Under the pieces are notes generated by a model. That model had not been told where the DNA came from. It saw nothing but the letters and a program-made list of their open reading frames with translations, and did no database searches. The translations under genes and the position numbers were made by a program. From Candidatus Eiseniibacteriota bacterium (GTDB taxonomy: Bacteria; Eisenbacteria; RBG-16-71-46), in NCBI GenBank assembly GCA_016178725.1, contig JACOSV010000026.1, positions 21,965 through 85,964 of the forward strand: a stretch of DNA of 64,000 nt. Direction: 5' to 3'. Positions 18,509-26,796 of this stretch are shown here, piece after piece. Each line of letters begins with the position of its first letter. Position 1 is the first letter of the stretch.

Positions 18509-21500
18509 ATGCGCACACGCGCGCTGACGCTGCTCCTCGCACTGACCTTCGTTGCGGCCCTGCCGGTCGCCGCCGCGCCGCCGGGAACGCCGGGCGTGCC
18601 CGGCACGACCGTCGTGCCGCGCCGCTTCGAGGTCCGCTCGCTGCCGCGCGCGACGCCCTTCGTCGGACCCGTGCAGGAGATCGCCGAAGGCGAGGTGCCG
18701 ATGGGCAACGCCGCCTTCGAAGCGTTCAAGAAGAGCGCGCCCCGTGTGCTCGCCTCGCAGTTGACGCACGTGACGATCGATCCCTCGGCGGGAACTTCGG
18801 GACCCGGTCCGCTCGCGCCGACCGCCGGCACCGGGTTCGAGGGCATCCTCCAGAACGGCTTCATCCCCGGCGAGCCCTGCGTCGCGGCCGGGCCGCTCAA
18901 CATCTTCACCACCGGCAACGTCACGGTCACGATCACCGACAAGGACGGATCGAACCGCGTCGAGATCAACGGCGACACGTTCTTCGGCGCGCCGACCGGC
19001 GAGGGCGCGATCTCGGACGCGGTCTGCTACTACGACGCGCTGCGCGGCCGCTTCCTCGCGCTGTGCTTCACCGAGGGGACGGCGGGAAGCACCAAGTGGT
19101 CGAACTTCTACCTCGCGATCTCGCAGACGAACGACGCGCGCGGCGCCTGGTACCTCTACAAGTTCGACCAGCGCTTCGATGGCACGACGCTCACCAGCAA
19201 CTGGAGCGACTTCGAGGGCCTCGGCGTCAGCGACGACAAGATCGCGATGAGCAGCCAGCAGTTCTCGTTCGGCGCGAACTTGTACAAGTACCAGAAGGTC
19301 CGCGTCATCGATCGCGCGATCGCCTACACCGGCGCGCCGGTGACGTTCATGGACCTCGTCAGCTTCCCGGCGCCGCCGGGCGGCGACGTGAACGACCTCT
19401 TCGTGACCAAGGTCGGCCGCAACCTGACCGCCGGCGACAACACCATCTACTGCCTCAACGTCCGCTACAACGGCGGCTCGCGCGTGACGTATCGCACGGT
19501 GACGGGCCCGCCGGGCGCGCCGGTGATCTCGGCGGGCCAGATCGTTCCAGTCAACACGTACAGCGCTCCCGTCGGCGCGCCGCAGTCCGGCAGCTCGGGG
19601 CTCGTGGCCACCAACGACTGCCGCCTCGGCGCGTTCTACGTGCGCAGCGGCGTGCTCCTCGCGTCGTGGCACTTCGGCATCAACTTCGGCGACGGTAACG
19701 TGGATGCGGTGCGGCTGTTCCGCCTGCGCACCAGCGACCAGTCCGTGCTCACCGACGAGACGTTCGGCGCCGACGGCGTCTTCTACTACTACCCGGCCGC
19801 CACGGTGGATTCGCTCGGCGCGATCTTCCTCGGCTTCGACCGCTCGAACCTGACCGAGTTCTCCTCGTCCTGGGCCACCGGCAAGCGCCGCTCCGACGCG
19901 ACGCTCGAGCCGAGCGCGCTGCTCAAGGCCGGGATCTCCGGCACGTCGCAGTCGCGCTGGGGCGACTACACCGGGATCGACATGGACGCCGCGGCGTCCG
20001 GACCGTCGGGCTCGACGGCGTGGTATGCGGGGCAACGGGTGAAGGGGACGAACACGTTCGGAACCTGGATCACGCCCCTCACGTTCAGCTACGGCACGAT
20101 CGCCGGCACCGTGCAGGACGACTGCGACGGTTCGACCGGGACGACCGGCGATCGCGTGCCGCTCGCCGGCGCGACCGTGACGCTCAAGCAGGGCGTGAAC
20201 ACGGTCGGCACGACGACCACCGACGTCTCGGGCGCGTACCTGTTCGGCTACCTCGAGGCCGGCACGTACGACGTGGTCGTCACGCCGCCCGCGGGCGGCG
20301 GATCCGTGGACGCGATCCCGGGGAGCGGCGCCACGTCGCAGACGCGCATCAGCGCGAGCGACATCCAGGTCGCGCTCACGGTCACGCAGGCGTCGGCGGC
20401 GAATCAGTTCCTGGTCACCACCGTCCATGGCGCGCCCGCGACGACCTCGATCGCGCCCGCGACCAAGAATCAGGGCGATCCCGGATTCGCGATGACCGTC
20501 AACGGCTCGGGCTTCCTCGCCTGCTCGATCGTGCGCCTCGACGGCAGCGATCGCACCACGGCGTACGTGAGCGGCGGCCAGCTCACCGCGACGATCCCGG
20601 CGTCGGACATGGCCTCGGGCGGCACGCACACGATCACCGTGTTCACTCCCGCGGCGGGCGGCGGCACGTCGAACGGCCAGACGTTCACGGTCAACACCGG
20701 CGACGGGACCCCGCCGACCGTCACCGTGAACGCGCCCAACGGCGGCGAGACGTGGAAGGCGGGATCGAGCCACGCGATCACGTGGACCGCGAACGACAAC
20801 GTCGGCGTGACCGCGATCGACATCGCCTGGTCGTCGGACGGCGGCGCGACCTATCCCAACGCGATCGCGACCGGCATCGCCAACAGCGGCACCTACGCGT
20901 GGTCCGTGCCCAACGCGCCGACGACGACCGCGCGCGTGCGCGTGACCGCGCACGACGCCGCGACCAACACGGGCGCCGACGCGAGCGACGCCAACTTCAC
21001 GATCGACCGCTGGACGATCACCGCTTCGGCCGGCGCGCACGGCACGATCGTGCCGGTCGGTGCGGTGCCGGTCGTCGAGGGCGCGGGCCAGGGTTTCACG
21101 ATCACCGCCGACACCGGCTACGGCATCGCCGACGTGCTCGTGGACGGGAGCTCGGTGGGCGCGGTCGCGAGCTACACGTTCAACACGGTGAACGCGAACC
21201 ACACGATCGCCGCGAGCTTCGCCGCCAACATCTATCCGCTGACGACGACGAGCATCGGCGTCGGCAGCATCGGCCGCAATCCGAACGCCGCGAGCTACGC
21301 GTACGGCACGAACGTGGATCTCACTGCGACGGCCGGCGCGGGCTGGGCGTTCAGCGCCTGGAGCGGCGACGCGACAGGGAACGTCAACCCGGTGACCGTC
21401 ACGATGAACGCGGCGAAGAGCGTGACCGCGACGTTCCTCGACGTGGCGCCCCCGCTGGTCACGGTCTCGGCGCCGAACGGCGGGGAGGACGTGCCGGTCG

Positions 21501-22054
21501 CGAACCACTTCAACGTCCAGTGGACCGCGACCGACAACGTCGTCGTCGCGCTGGTCCACCTGCTGCTCTCGCGCACCGGCCTCGGCGGACCGTACGACAC
21601 CGTCGCGGCGCGGATCGCCAACTCCGGGAGCTACGACTGGACCGCGAACGGGCCCACGACGTCCAACGCCGTGTTCCGAGTGGTCGCGATCGACTCCGCC
21701 GGCAACCCCGGCGAGGACCACAGCGACGCGCCGTTCGCGATCACGGATCAGGTCGCGGCCGCCGATCTCACGCCGATCACCGAGTTCGCGGTCGTGGTCG
21801 CGGGAGCGAATCCCGGCCACGGCCCGGTGACGATCGAGTTCTCGGTGCCCGCCGAGGCGGCGGTCGTCGTCTCGGTGCTGGACGTGACGGGCCGCGAAGT
21901 GAGCCGGCTCGCCGACGGCGTGCACCCGCGCGGGCGCTTCCGCGCGACGTGGGACGGCCGCGGCGCGGGCGGTGCCGTGCGCTCGGGCCTTTACTTCGTC
22001 CGGCTCCACTGGCCGGGCGGCACGAAGGTGCGGCGGGTCGCCATCACGCGGTAA
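18509..22054 (+). CDS. Large secreted multidomain protein (1181 aa): carboxypeptidase-regulatory-like domain, Ig-like/InlB-B-type repeats, C-terminal FlgD-Ig-like sorting-type domain.
   Basis: Signal peptide MRTRALTLLLALTFVAALPVAAAP. CarbopepD_reg-like stretch (TIAGTVQDD...GATVTLKQG...DVSGAYLFGYLEAGTYDVVV). Two NAPNGGE...W...TANDNVGV...IANSGTYAW repeats. InlB-B-like repeats (GTIVPVGAV...GFTITADTGYGIADVLVDGSSVG...YTFNTVNANHTIAASF). The C-terminal TIEFSVPAEAAVVVSVLDVTGREV...GLYFVRLH is homologous to the C-terminus of the first CDS. Confidence 0.7.
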   Translation: MRTRALTLLLALTFVAALPVAAAPPGTPGVPGTTVVPRRFEVRSLPRATPFVGPVQEIAEGEVPMGNAAFEAFKKSAPRVLASQLTHVTIDPSAGTSGPGPLAPTAGTGFEGILQNGFIPGEPCVAAGPLNIFTTGNVTVTITDKDGSNRVEINGDTFFGAPTGEGAISDAVCYYDALRGRFLALCFTEGTAGSTKWSNFYLAISQTNDARGAWYLYKFDQRFDGTTLTSNWSDFEGLGVSDDKIAMSSQQFSFGANLYKYQKVRVIDRAIAYTGAPVTFMDLVSFPAPPGGDVNDLFVTKVGRNLTAGDNTIYCLNVRYNGGSRVTYRTVTGPPGAPVISAGQIVPVNTYSAPVGAPQSGSSGLVATNDCRLGAFYVRSGVLLASWHFGINFGDGNVDAVRLFRLRTSDQSVLTDETFGADGVFYYYPAATVDSLGAIFLGFDRSNLTEFSSSWATGKRRSDATLEPSALLKAGISGTSQSRWGDYTGIDMDAAASGPSGSTAWYAGQRVKGTNTFGTWITPLTFSYGTIAGTVQDDCDGSTGTTGDRVPLAGATVTLKQGVNTVGTTTTDVSGAYLFGYLEAGTYDVVVTPPAGGGSVDAIPGSGATSQTRISASDIQVALTVTQASAANQFLVTTVHGAPATTSIAPATKNQGDPGFAMTVNGSGFLACSIVRLDGSDRTTAYVSGGQLTATIPASDMASGGTHTITVFTPAAGGGTSNGQTFTVNTGDGTPPTVTVNAPNGGETWKAGSSHAITWTANDNVGVTAIDIAWSSDGGATYPNAIATGIANSGTYAWSVPNAPTTTARVRVTAHDAATNTGADASDANFTIDRWTITASAGAHGTIVPVGAVPVVEGAGQGFTITADTGYGIADVLVDGSSVGAVASYTFNTVNANHTIAASFAANIYPLTTTSIGVGSIGRNPNAASYAYGTNVDLTATAGAGWAFSAWSGDATGNVNPVTVTMNAAKSVTATFLDVAPPLVTVSAPNGGEDVPVANHFNVQWTATDNVVVALVHLLLSRTGLGGPYDTVAARIANSGSYDWTANGPTTSNAVFRVVAIDSAGNPGEDHSDAPFAITDQVAAADLTPITEFAVVVAGANPGHGPVTIEFSVPAEAAVVVSVLDVTGREVSRLADGVHPRGRFRATWDGRGAGGAVRSGLYFVRLHWPGGTKVRRVAITR

Positions 22055-22065
22055 GCTGGCGCTCC

Positions 22066-23784
22066 ATGGCGAAGGAAACCCTCCCGCCCGTCCCCGATTC
22101 GCACGGCCTGCTCGACGACTACGATCGTGTGCGCGCCGCGTTCCGGTGGGACGACGTCGAGCGCGAGTTCGACTGGTCGCGCACCGGCAAGGTCAACATG
22201 GCGCACGAGGCGATCGACCGCCACGTCGCCGGCCCGCGCAAGAACAAGCTCGCGCTCCTCTACACCGACGGCCAGCGCGTCGAGAAGCACACGTTCGAGG
22301 ACCTCATGCGGCTCTCGAACCGGTTCGCCAACGCGCTCACGCGCCTCGGCGTGAAACGCGGCGACCGCGTGTTCGTGTTCCTGCCGCGCACGCCCGAGTG
22401 CTACATCGGCATCCTCGGCATCCTCAAGGTCGGCGCGATCCCGAGCCCGCTGTTCGAGGCGTTCATGACCGACGCGGTGCGCGACCGCATGCAGGACGCG
22501 GGCGCAGTCGCGCTGCTCACGACGCGCGCGCTGCTCGAGCGCGTGCCCGAAGGCGACCTGCCGAGCCTCCAGCACGTGATCCTGGTCGGCGGCGGCGGCG
22601 CGCGGGAGGGACGCCACCGTTCGTGGGACACCGAGATGGACAAGGCCGGCGATCACTTCGAGCCGGTGTGGCTCGAGCGCGAAGACCCGCTGATCCTCCA
22701 CTACACCTCGGGATCGACCGGGAAGCCGAAGGGCGCGCTCCACGTCCAGAACGCGATGATCGGCCACCTGCAGACCGGACGCTGGGTGCTCGATCTGCGC
22801 GAGACCGACACCTACTGGTGCACCGCCGATCCCGGATGGGTGACCGGCACCTCGTACGGGATCTTCGCGCCATGGCTCAACGGCGCGACCAACGTGATCC
22901 GCGGCGGCCGCTTCGACGCCGCGGCGTGGTACGAGACGATCGCAGAGCACCGCGTCACCGTGTGGTACTCGGCGCCGACCGCGTTCCGCATGCTGATGGC
23001 GGCCGGCGAGAAGGTGGCCGAGCAGCACGATCTCTCGTCGCTGCGCCACGTGCTCTCGGTGGGCGAGCCGCTCAATCCCGAGGTCGTGCGCTGGGGATGG
23101 CGCGTCTACAAGCGCCGCATCCACGACAACTGGTGGATGACCGAGACCGGCCACCAGCTGATCTCGAACTATCCGAGCATGGCGATCCGCCCCGGCTCGA
23201 TGGGCAAGCCGATCCCCGGCGTCGAGGCCGCGATCCTCGACGAGAACGGGAAGGCGGTGCCCGCGGGAACGCTCGGCCTGCTGTGCATCAAGGCCGGCTG
23301 GCCCGGGATGATGCGCGCGATCTGGAACAATCCCGCGCGCTATCAGGAGTACTTCCGCTTTCCCGGCTACTACTTCACCGGCGACACCGCGCACATGGAC
23401 GAGGACGGCTACTTCTGGTTCCAGGGCCGCGCCGACGACGTGATCAACACCGCCGGCGAGCGCGTCGGCCCGTTCGAGGTCGAGTCGGCGCTGGTCTCGC
23501 ATCCCGCGGTCGCGGAGGCGGGCGTGATCGGCAAGCCCGACGAGCTGCGCGGGCAGATCGTGAAGGCGTTCATCTCGCTGCGCTCGGGGTTCACGCCGAG
23601 CGAGGAGCTGAAGAAGGAGATCGCGACGCACGTGAAGCAGAATCTCGCCGGCCACGCCGCGCCGCGCGAGATCGAGTTCCGCGACAAGCTGCCGAAGACG
23701 CGGAGCGGGAAGATCATGCGCCGCGTGCTCAAGGCCTGGGACCAGGGCCTGCCGGTGGGCGACATCTCGACGCTGGAGGACTGA
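22066..23784 (+). CDS. acsA: Acetyl-CoA synthetase (AMP-forming), Bacillus AcsA type.
   Basis: 572 aa. YTSGSTGKPKG (AMP-binding), WWMTETG. The C-terminal REIEFRDKLPKTRSGKIMRRVLKAW...GD.STLED is nearly identical to the B. subtilis AcsA C-terminus, including the acetylatable Lys in PKTRSGK. Confidence 0.9.
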   Translation: MAKETLPPVPDSHGLLDDYDRVRAAFRWDDVEREFDWSRTGKVNMAHEAIDRHVAGPRKNKLALLYTDGQRVEKHTFEDLMRLSNRFANALTRLGVKRGDRVFVFLPRTPECYIGILGILKVGAIPSPLFEAFMTDAVRDRMQDAGAVALLTTRALLERVPEGDLPSLQHVILVGGGGAREGRHRSWDTEMDKAGDHFEPVWLEREDPLILHYTSGSTGKPKGALHVQNAMIGHLQTGRWVLDLRETDTYWCTADPGWVTGTSYGIFAPWLNGATNVIRGGRFDAAAWYETIAEHRVTVWYSAPTAFRMLMAAGEKVAEQHDLSSLRHVLSVGEPLNPEVVRWGWRVYKRRIHDNWWMTETGHQLISNYPSMAIRPGSMGKPIPGVEAAILDENGKAVPAGTLGLLCIKAGWPGMMRAIWNNPARYQEYFRFPGYYFTGDTAHMDEDGYFWFQGRADDVINTAGERVGPFEVESALVSHPAVAEAGVIGKPDELRGQIVKAFISLRSGFTPSEELKKEIATHVKQNLAGHAAPREIEFRDKLPKTRSGKIMRRVLKAWDQGLPVGDISTLED

Positions 23785-23817
23785 ACGCAGGCCGCGGCCC
23801 CGCTGTTCACGGCCTAC

Positions 23818-25014
23818 GTGCCGGGGCTCGACGCGCGGCGGATCGACGCCGCGACGACGCCTCACGTGCACGCGCTGCGCGCATCGTTCCCGACCGTCGC
23901 GCTGCGCACGCTCCCGACGACCGAGCTGCTGCCGACGCTCCTGACCGGCGTCCCGCCCGAAGCGCACGGGATCTGGCAGGTGCGCCTGAAATCCGAGGCG
24001 CGCGCGATGCCGGAGCCGCGGCTCGTCGACCGGCTCCCGCCGGTCGTCGGCACGACGCTCCAGTGCCTGCGCCAGTTCGCGGATCACGGCTACGACCTCG
24101 CCGCGGTGCCGCCGCGCCGCCGGCGCATGTTCGACCTCCGGCGCTTCAAGTACACGCGCCGCGAGCACGACGGCCGCGTGATGGAACGGATCGGCGCGAG
24201 CGAGTCGCTGTTCGGCCTGCTCGGTCAGCGTTCGCGCTATCGGTTCACGCGCCGGTTCGCCGAGCTGCCGCGGCTCGCGCGCGAGCTGCCGAGCGCCCGC
24301 TTCGAGTTCGAGCTGCTCGAGATGTACGCGCTCGACCTCTTCCAGCACTGGCACATGGATCGTCCGGCGGAGCTCGCCGCCGCCTACCGCCGCGCCGACG
24401 ACTTCATCGGCGCGCTCCACGCGCGCGCCCGGGAGCGCGGCGTGCGATTCATGCTGCTGGTCGATCACGGGCAGGAGCCGGTGATCGGCACGATCCCGCT
24501 GTTCGCGGCGATCGCGGGCGCGCACGTGCCCGAGCGGGAGTACGCGCTGTTCGTCGAGGCGGCGATGGCGCGGCTCTGGTTCCACACCGACCGCGCGCGC
24601 ACGGCGATCACGGCGGCGATCGCGCGTCTCGATCACGTCACGCGCCTCGGCTGGCGCGATCTCGCCGCGCACGGCATCCGCTTCGACGACGACGCCTGCG
24701 GCGAGCTCTACGTCAGCGCCGACCCCGGCTGGATCTTCTTCCCGCACGACTTCTATCAGCCCGCCGCGAATCTCTTCCTCGGCCTCTTCGGCGGCCACCA
24801 GCGTCCGCGGCTCTTTCAGCCGCGCCATCGCGGCAATCACGGCTACCTGCCGCGGCATCCGTCGGAGCAGGGCTTCGTCGTGCTGGCCGAGCCCGGCGTG
24901 CGCGCGCTCCGGGCCGAGATGACGCTGATCGACTTCGCGCCGTCGGTGCTCGGGCTGCTCGGGCGCGACGTGCCGGCCGCGATGCGCGGCGTCCCGGCGT
25001 TCGAGGCCGCATGA
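23818..25014 (+). CDS. Alkaline-phosphatase-superfamily protein (type I phosphodiesterase/nucleotide pyrophosphatase-like).
   Basis: GLDARR.D...TPHV...L near the N-terminus and the C-terminal GNHGYLP motif are typical of the AP superfamily. Only GTG starts are available, and no ISIDG-type first metal ligand is present. The stop overlaps the next gene as ATGA. Confidence 0.5.
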   Translation: MPGLDARRIDAATTPHVHALRASFPTVALRTLPTTELLPTLLTGVPPEAHGIWQVRLKSEARAMPEPRLVDRLPPVVGTTLQCLRQFADHGYDLAAVPPRRRRMFDLRRFKYTRREHDGRVMERIGASESLFGLLGQRSRYRFTRRFAELPRLARELPSARFEFELLEMYALDLFQHWHMDRPAELAAAYRRADDFIGALHARARERGVRFMLLVDHGQEPVIGTIPLFAAIAGAHVPEREYALFVEAAMARLWFHTDRARTAITAAIARLDHVTRLGWRDLAAHGIRFDDDACGELYVSADPGWIFFPHDFYQPAANLFLGLFGGHQRPRLFQPRHRGNHGYLPRHPSEQGFVVLAEPGVRALRAEMTLIDFAPSVLGLLGRDVPAAMRGVPAFEAA

Positions 25015-25982
25015 ATCGAAAGCTGCTGCTGATCGCGCGTGTCGGCGTCGCGGCACTCCTCATCGTCTGGCTCTTCCGCCGCTCGGGCGGACTCGCGCCC
25101 GTGTGGAACGCGTTCCGTTCCGCGCGCCCCGCGCTCGTGGTCGCCGCGTTCCTCGCGACGCTCGCCGTGCAGGCGCTGATCGCGCACCGGCTGCAGCGGC
25201 TGACCGCGGCCGGCGGCGCGACGCTCGGCACGCGCGAGGTGCTGGCGATCAACCTGACGACGCTCTTCTACGGCCTGTTTCTGCCCGGCGGTGGCGTCAC
25301 GGCGATCGCGATCCGCTACTTCCGGCTCACGCGCGGCGACCGGCGCTACGCGGCGACGCTGGTCGCGATCGTCTGCGACCGCGTGCTCGCGACCGCGGCG
25401 CTGTGCGTCACGGGGCTCGGCTTCTGGTTGTTCGATCCCGGCGCGTCGCGCGCGGGGCTCGCCGTGCTGCTGGTCGCCGCGGCCGCGAGCTTCGCGACGC
25501 TCGCACCGATGTTCGGCGCCGCGCCGGCGCGCCGGCTCGGCGCGATCGCCGCGCGCATCCCGTTCGCGCGCGATCTGTGGCCGCGCGTCGACGAGGCGCT
25601 CGCGATGTGCCGCGCGCTGCCCTCGCGCGGACGGCTCGAGGTCGGGACGCTTTCGGCCGTGGCGCACGTGCTGGGCGCGGCCGTCTACCTGCTGCTCGCT
25701 CGCTCGCTCGCGATCGCCACGCCGTTCGCGGCGCTCGGCTGGATGCGCGCGCTCTCGGGGCTCGTGACGCTCGTGCCGATCTCGGTTTCGGGCCTCGGCC
25801 TGCGCGAGGGGACGATGACGGCGTTGCTCGCCGCGCGCGGCGTGCCGCACGCGGCGGCGTTCGCCTACTCGTTGCTGGTGTTCGGCATCACCGTGCTCGC
25901 GACCGGACTGATCGGCGGCCTGATCGAGGCGTCCCAGTGGTTCGGCGCGCGCGCCGAACCCGATCCGCGACCGGGCGCGTAG
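25011..25982 (+). CDS. Flippase-like membrane protein (lysylphosphatidylglycerol-synthase/MprF transmembrane-domain family, UPF0104).
   Basis: 8 predicted TM helices. Family pattern: LINLTTLFYGLFLPGG.G...IRY, a C-terminal PISVSGLGLREG-type motif. Confidence 0.6.
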   Translation: MNRKLLLIARVGVAALLIVWLFRRSGGLAPVWNAFRSARPALVVAAFLATLAVQALIAHRLQRLTAAGGATLGTREVLAINLTTLFYGLFLPGGGVTAIAIRYFRLTRGDRRYAATLVAIVCDRVLATAALCVTGLGFWLFDPGASRAGLAVLLVAAAASFATLAPMFGAAPARRLGAIAARIPFARDLWPRVDEALAMCRALPSRGRLEVGTLSAVAHVLGAAVYLLLARSLAIATPFAALGWMRALSGLVTLVPISVSGLGLREGTMTALLAARGVPHAAAFAYSLLVFGITVLATGLIGGLIEASQWFGARAEPDPRPGA

Positions 25983-26354
25983 GGGGAATCGATGAGGCTC
26001 GCGATTGAGGCGGTGAGCAAGCGCCTCGGACGCCGTCGGCGTCTGGGCGCCTGACGACGCACCGGACGATCGGCGGAGTCGTCCGCGCAAACGACGGCGG
26101 CGCTTTCGAATGCGGCGTCGGGTCGGGCTCGCTGCGGCACAGGGACTTGAATGGAGGCCGCAATTGGCCGATATTTCTTCCGTCTTCGTTATCGGTGGAC
26201 TGGCCGAGACCATTAGCCGCCCTGGACGACATGGCGGCTTTTTCCATGTCCAGTCCCGCCGACTCGGAGGTTTCCGGTCAGAGTGACCGGGCGAGCCGTC
26301 GCGTTGGACGGCATCAGCAACAGGGCCGTCGCGCCCTGAACAAGGAGTTCGTCA

Positions 26355-26555
26355 GTGGCTACAGGTACCGTGAAGTGGTTCAACGAGGCGAAGGGATTCG
26401 GCTTCATCTCCCAGGAGGGTGGCGAGGACGTTTTCGTTCACTTCTCTGCGATCCAGGGCGAAGGCTTCAAGACCCTCGCCGAGGGAGACCGCGTCGAGTT
26501 CGAAGTGACCCGTGGGCCGAAGGGCCTGCAGGCGGGCAACGTTCGCCGGGCCTGA
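26355..26555 (+). CDS. cspA: Cold-shock protein (CspA family).
   Basis: [34 protein letters not shown]: RNP1 (KGFGFI) and RNP2 (VFVHF) motifs, 66 aa. A ~370-nt upstream non-coding region is consistent with the long csp 5'UTR. Confidence 0.92.
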   Translation: MATGTVKWFNEAKGFGFISQEGGEDVFVHFSAIQGEGFKTLAEGDRVEFEVTRGPKGLQAGNVRRA

Positions 26556-26584
26556 CCGCCCGAGGAGCCACATCACGCGTTCAA

Positions 26585-26616
26585 GGGCGGCGCTCGGCGC
26601 CGCCCTTCGCGTTTGT
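26585..26616 (+). terminator. Intrinsic terminator after cspA.
   Basis: GGGCGGCGC-tcg-GCGCCGCCC is a perfect 9-bp stem, followed by TTCGCGTTTGT. Confidence 0.6.
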
Positions 26617-26645
26617 AGGCGGCGCGCCGCCTCTCGCGTTTTCGG
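26617..26645 (+). terminator. Second hairpin after cspA, in tandem with the first terminator.
   Basis: 16-nt perfect palindrome AGGCGGCGCGCCGCCT followed by CTCGCGTTTTCGG. Confidence 0.4.
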
Positions 26646-26796
26646 GCCGGGGGCGCTCGCCGCGGAGGCGCTGGCGAATGACCGCCGGATCGCCGAGGCA
26701 AGTGCCTTATCCCTCAAGCGCCAGAGGGACTTGGCCGATTGTCTTACCTGATAGACCCGCAGCTCCGGCGGGTCTTGGAGCAGGGAGGCTTTCGGC

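Noticed and set aside
23785-23817. Possible read-through fusion of acsA with the downstream AP-superfamily ORF, which is in the same frame.
   Set aside because: A TGA stop at 23782-23784 separates them. The AcsA C-terminus is complete by comparison with Bacillus AcsA.
26040-26110. A tRNA-like TTCGAAT motif in the csp upstream region.
   Set aside because: No acceptor or anticodon stem complementarity and no GTTCGAATC T-loop context. It is most likely part of the cspA 5'UTR.
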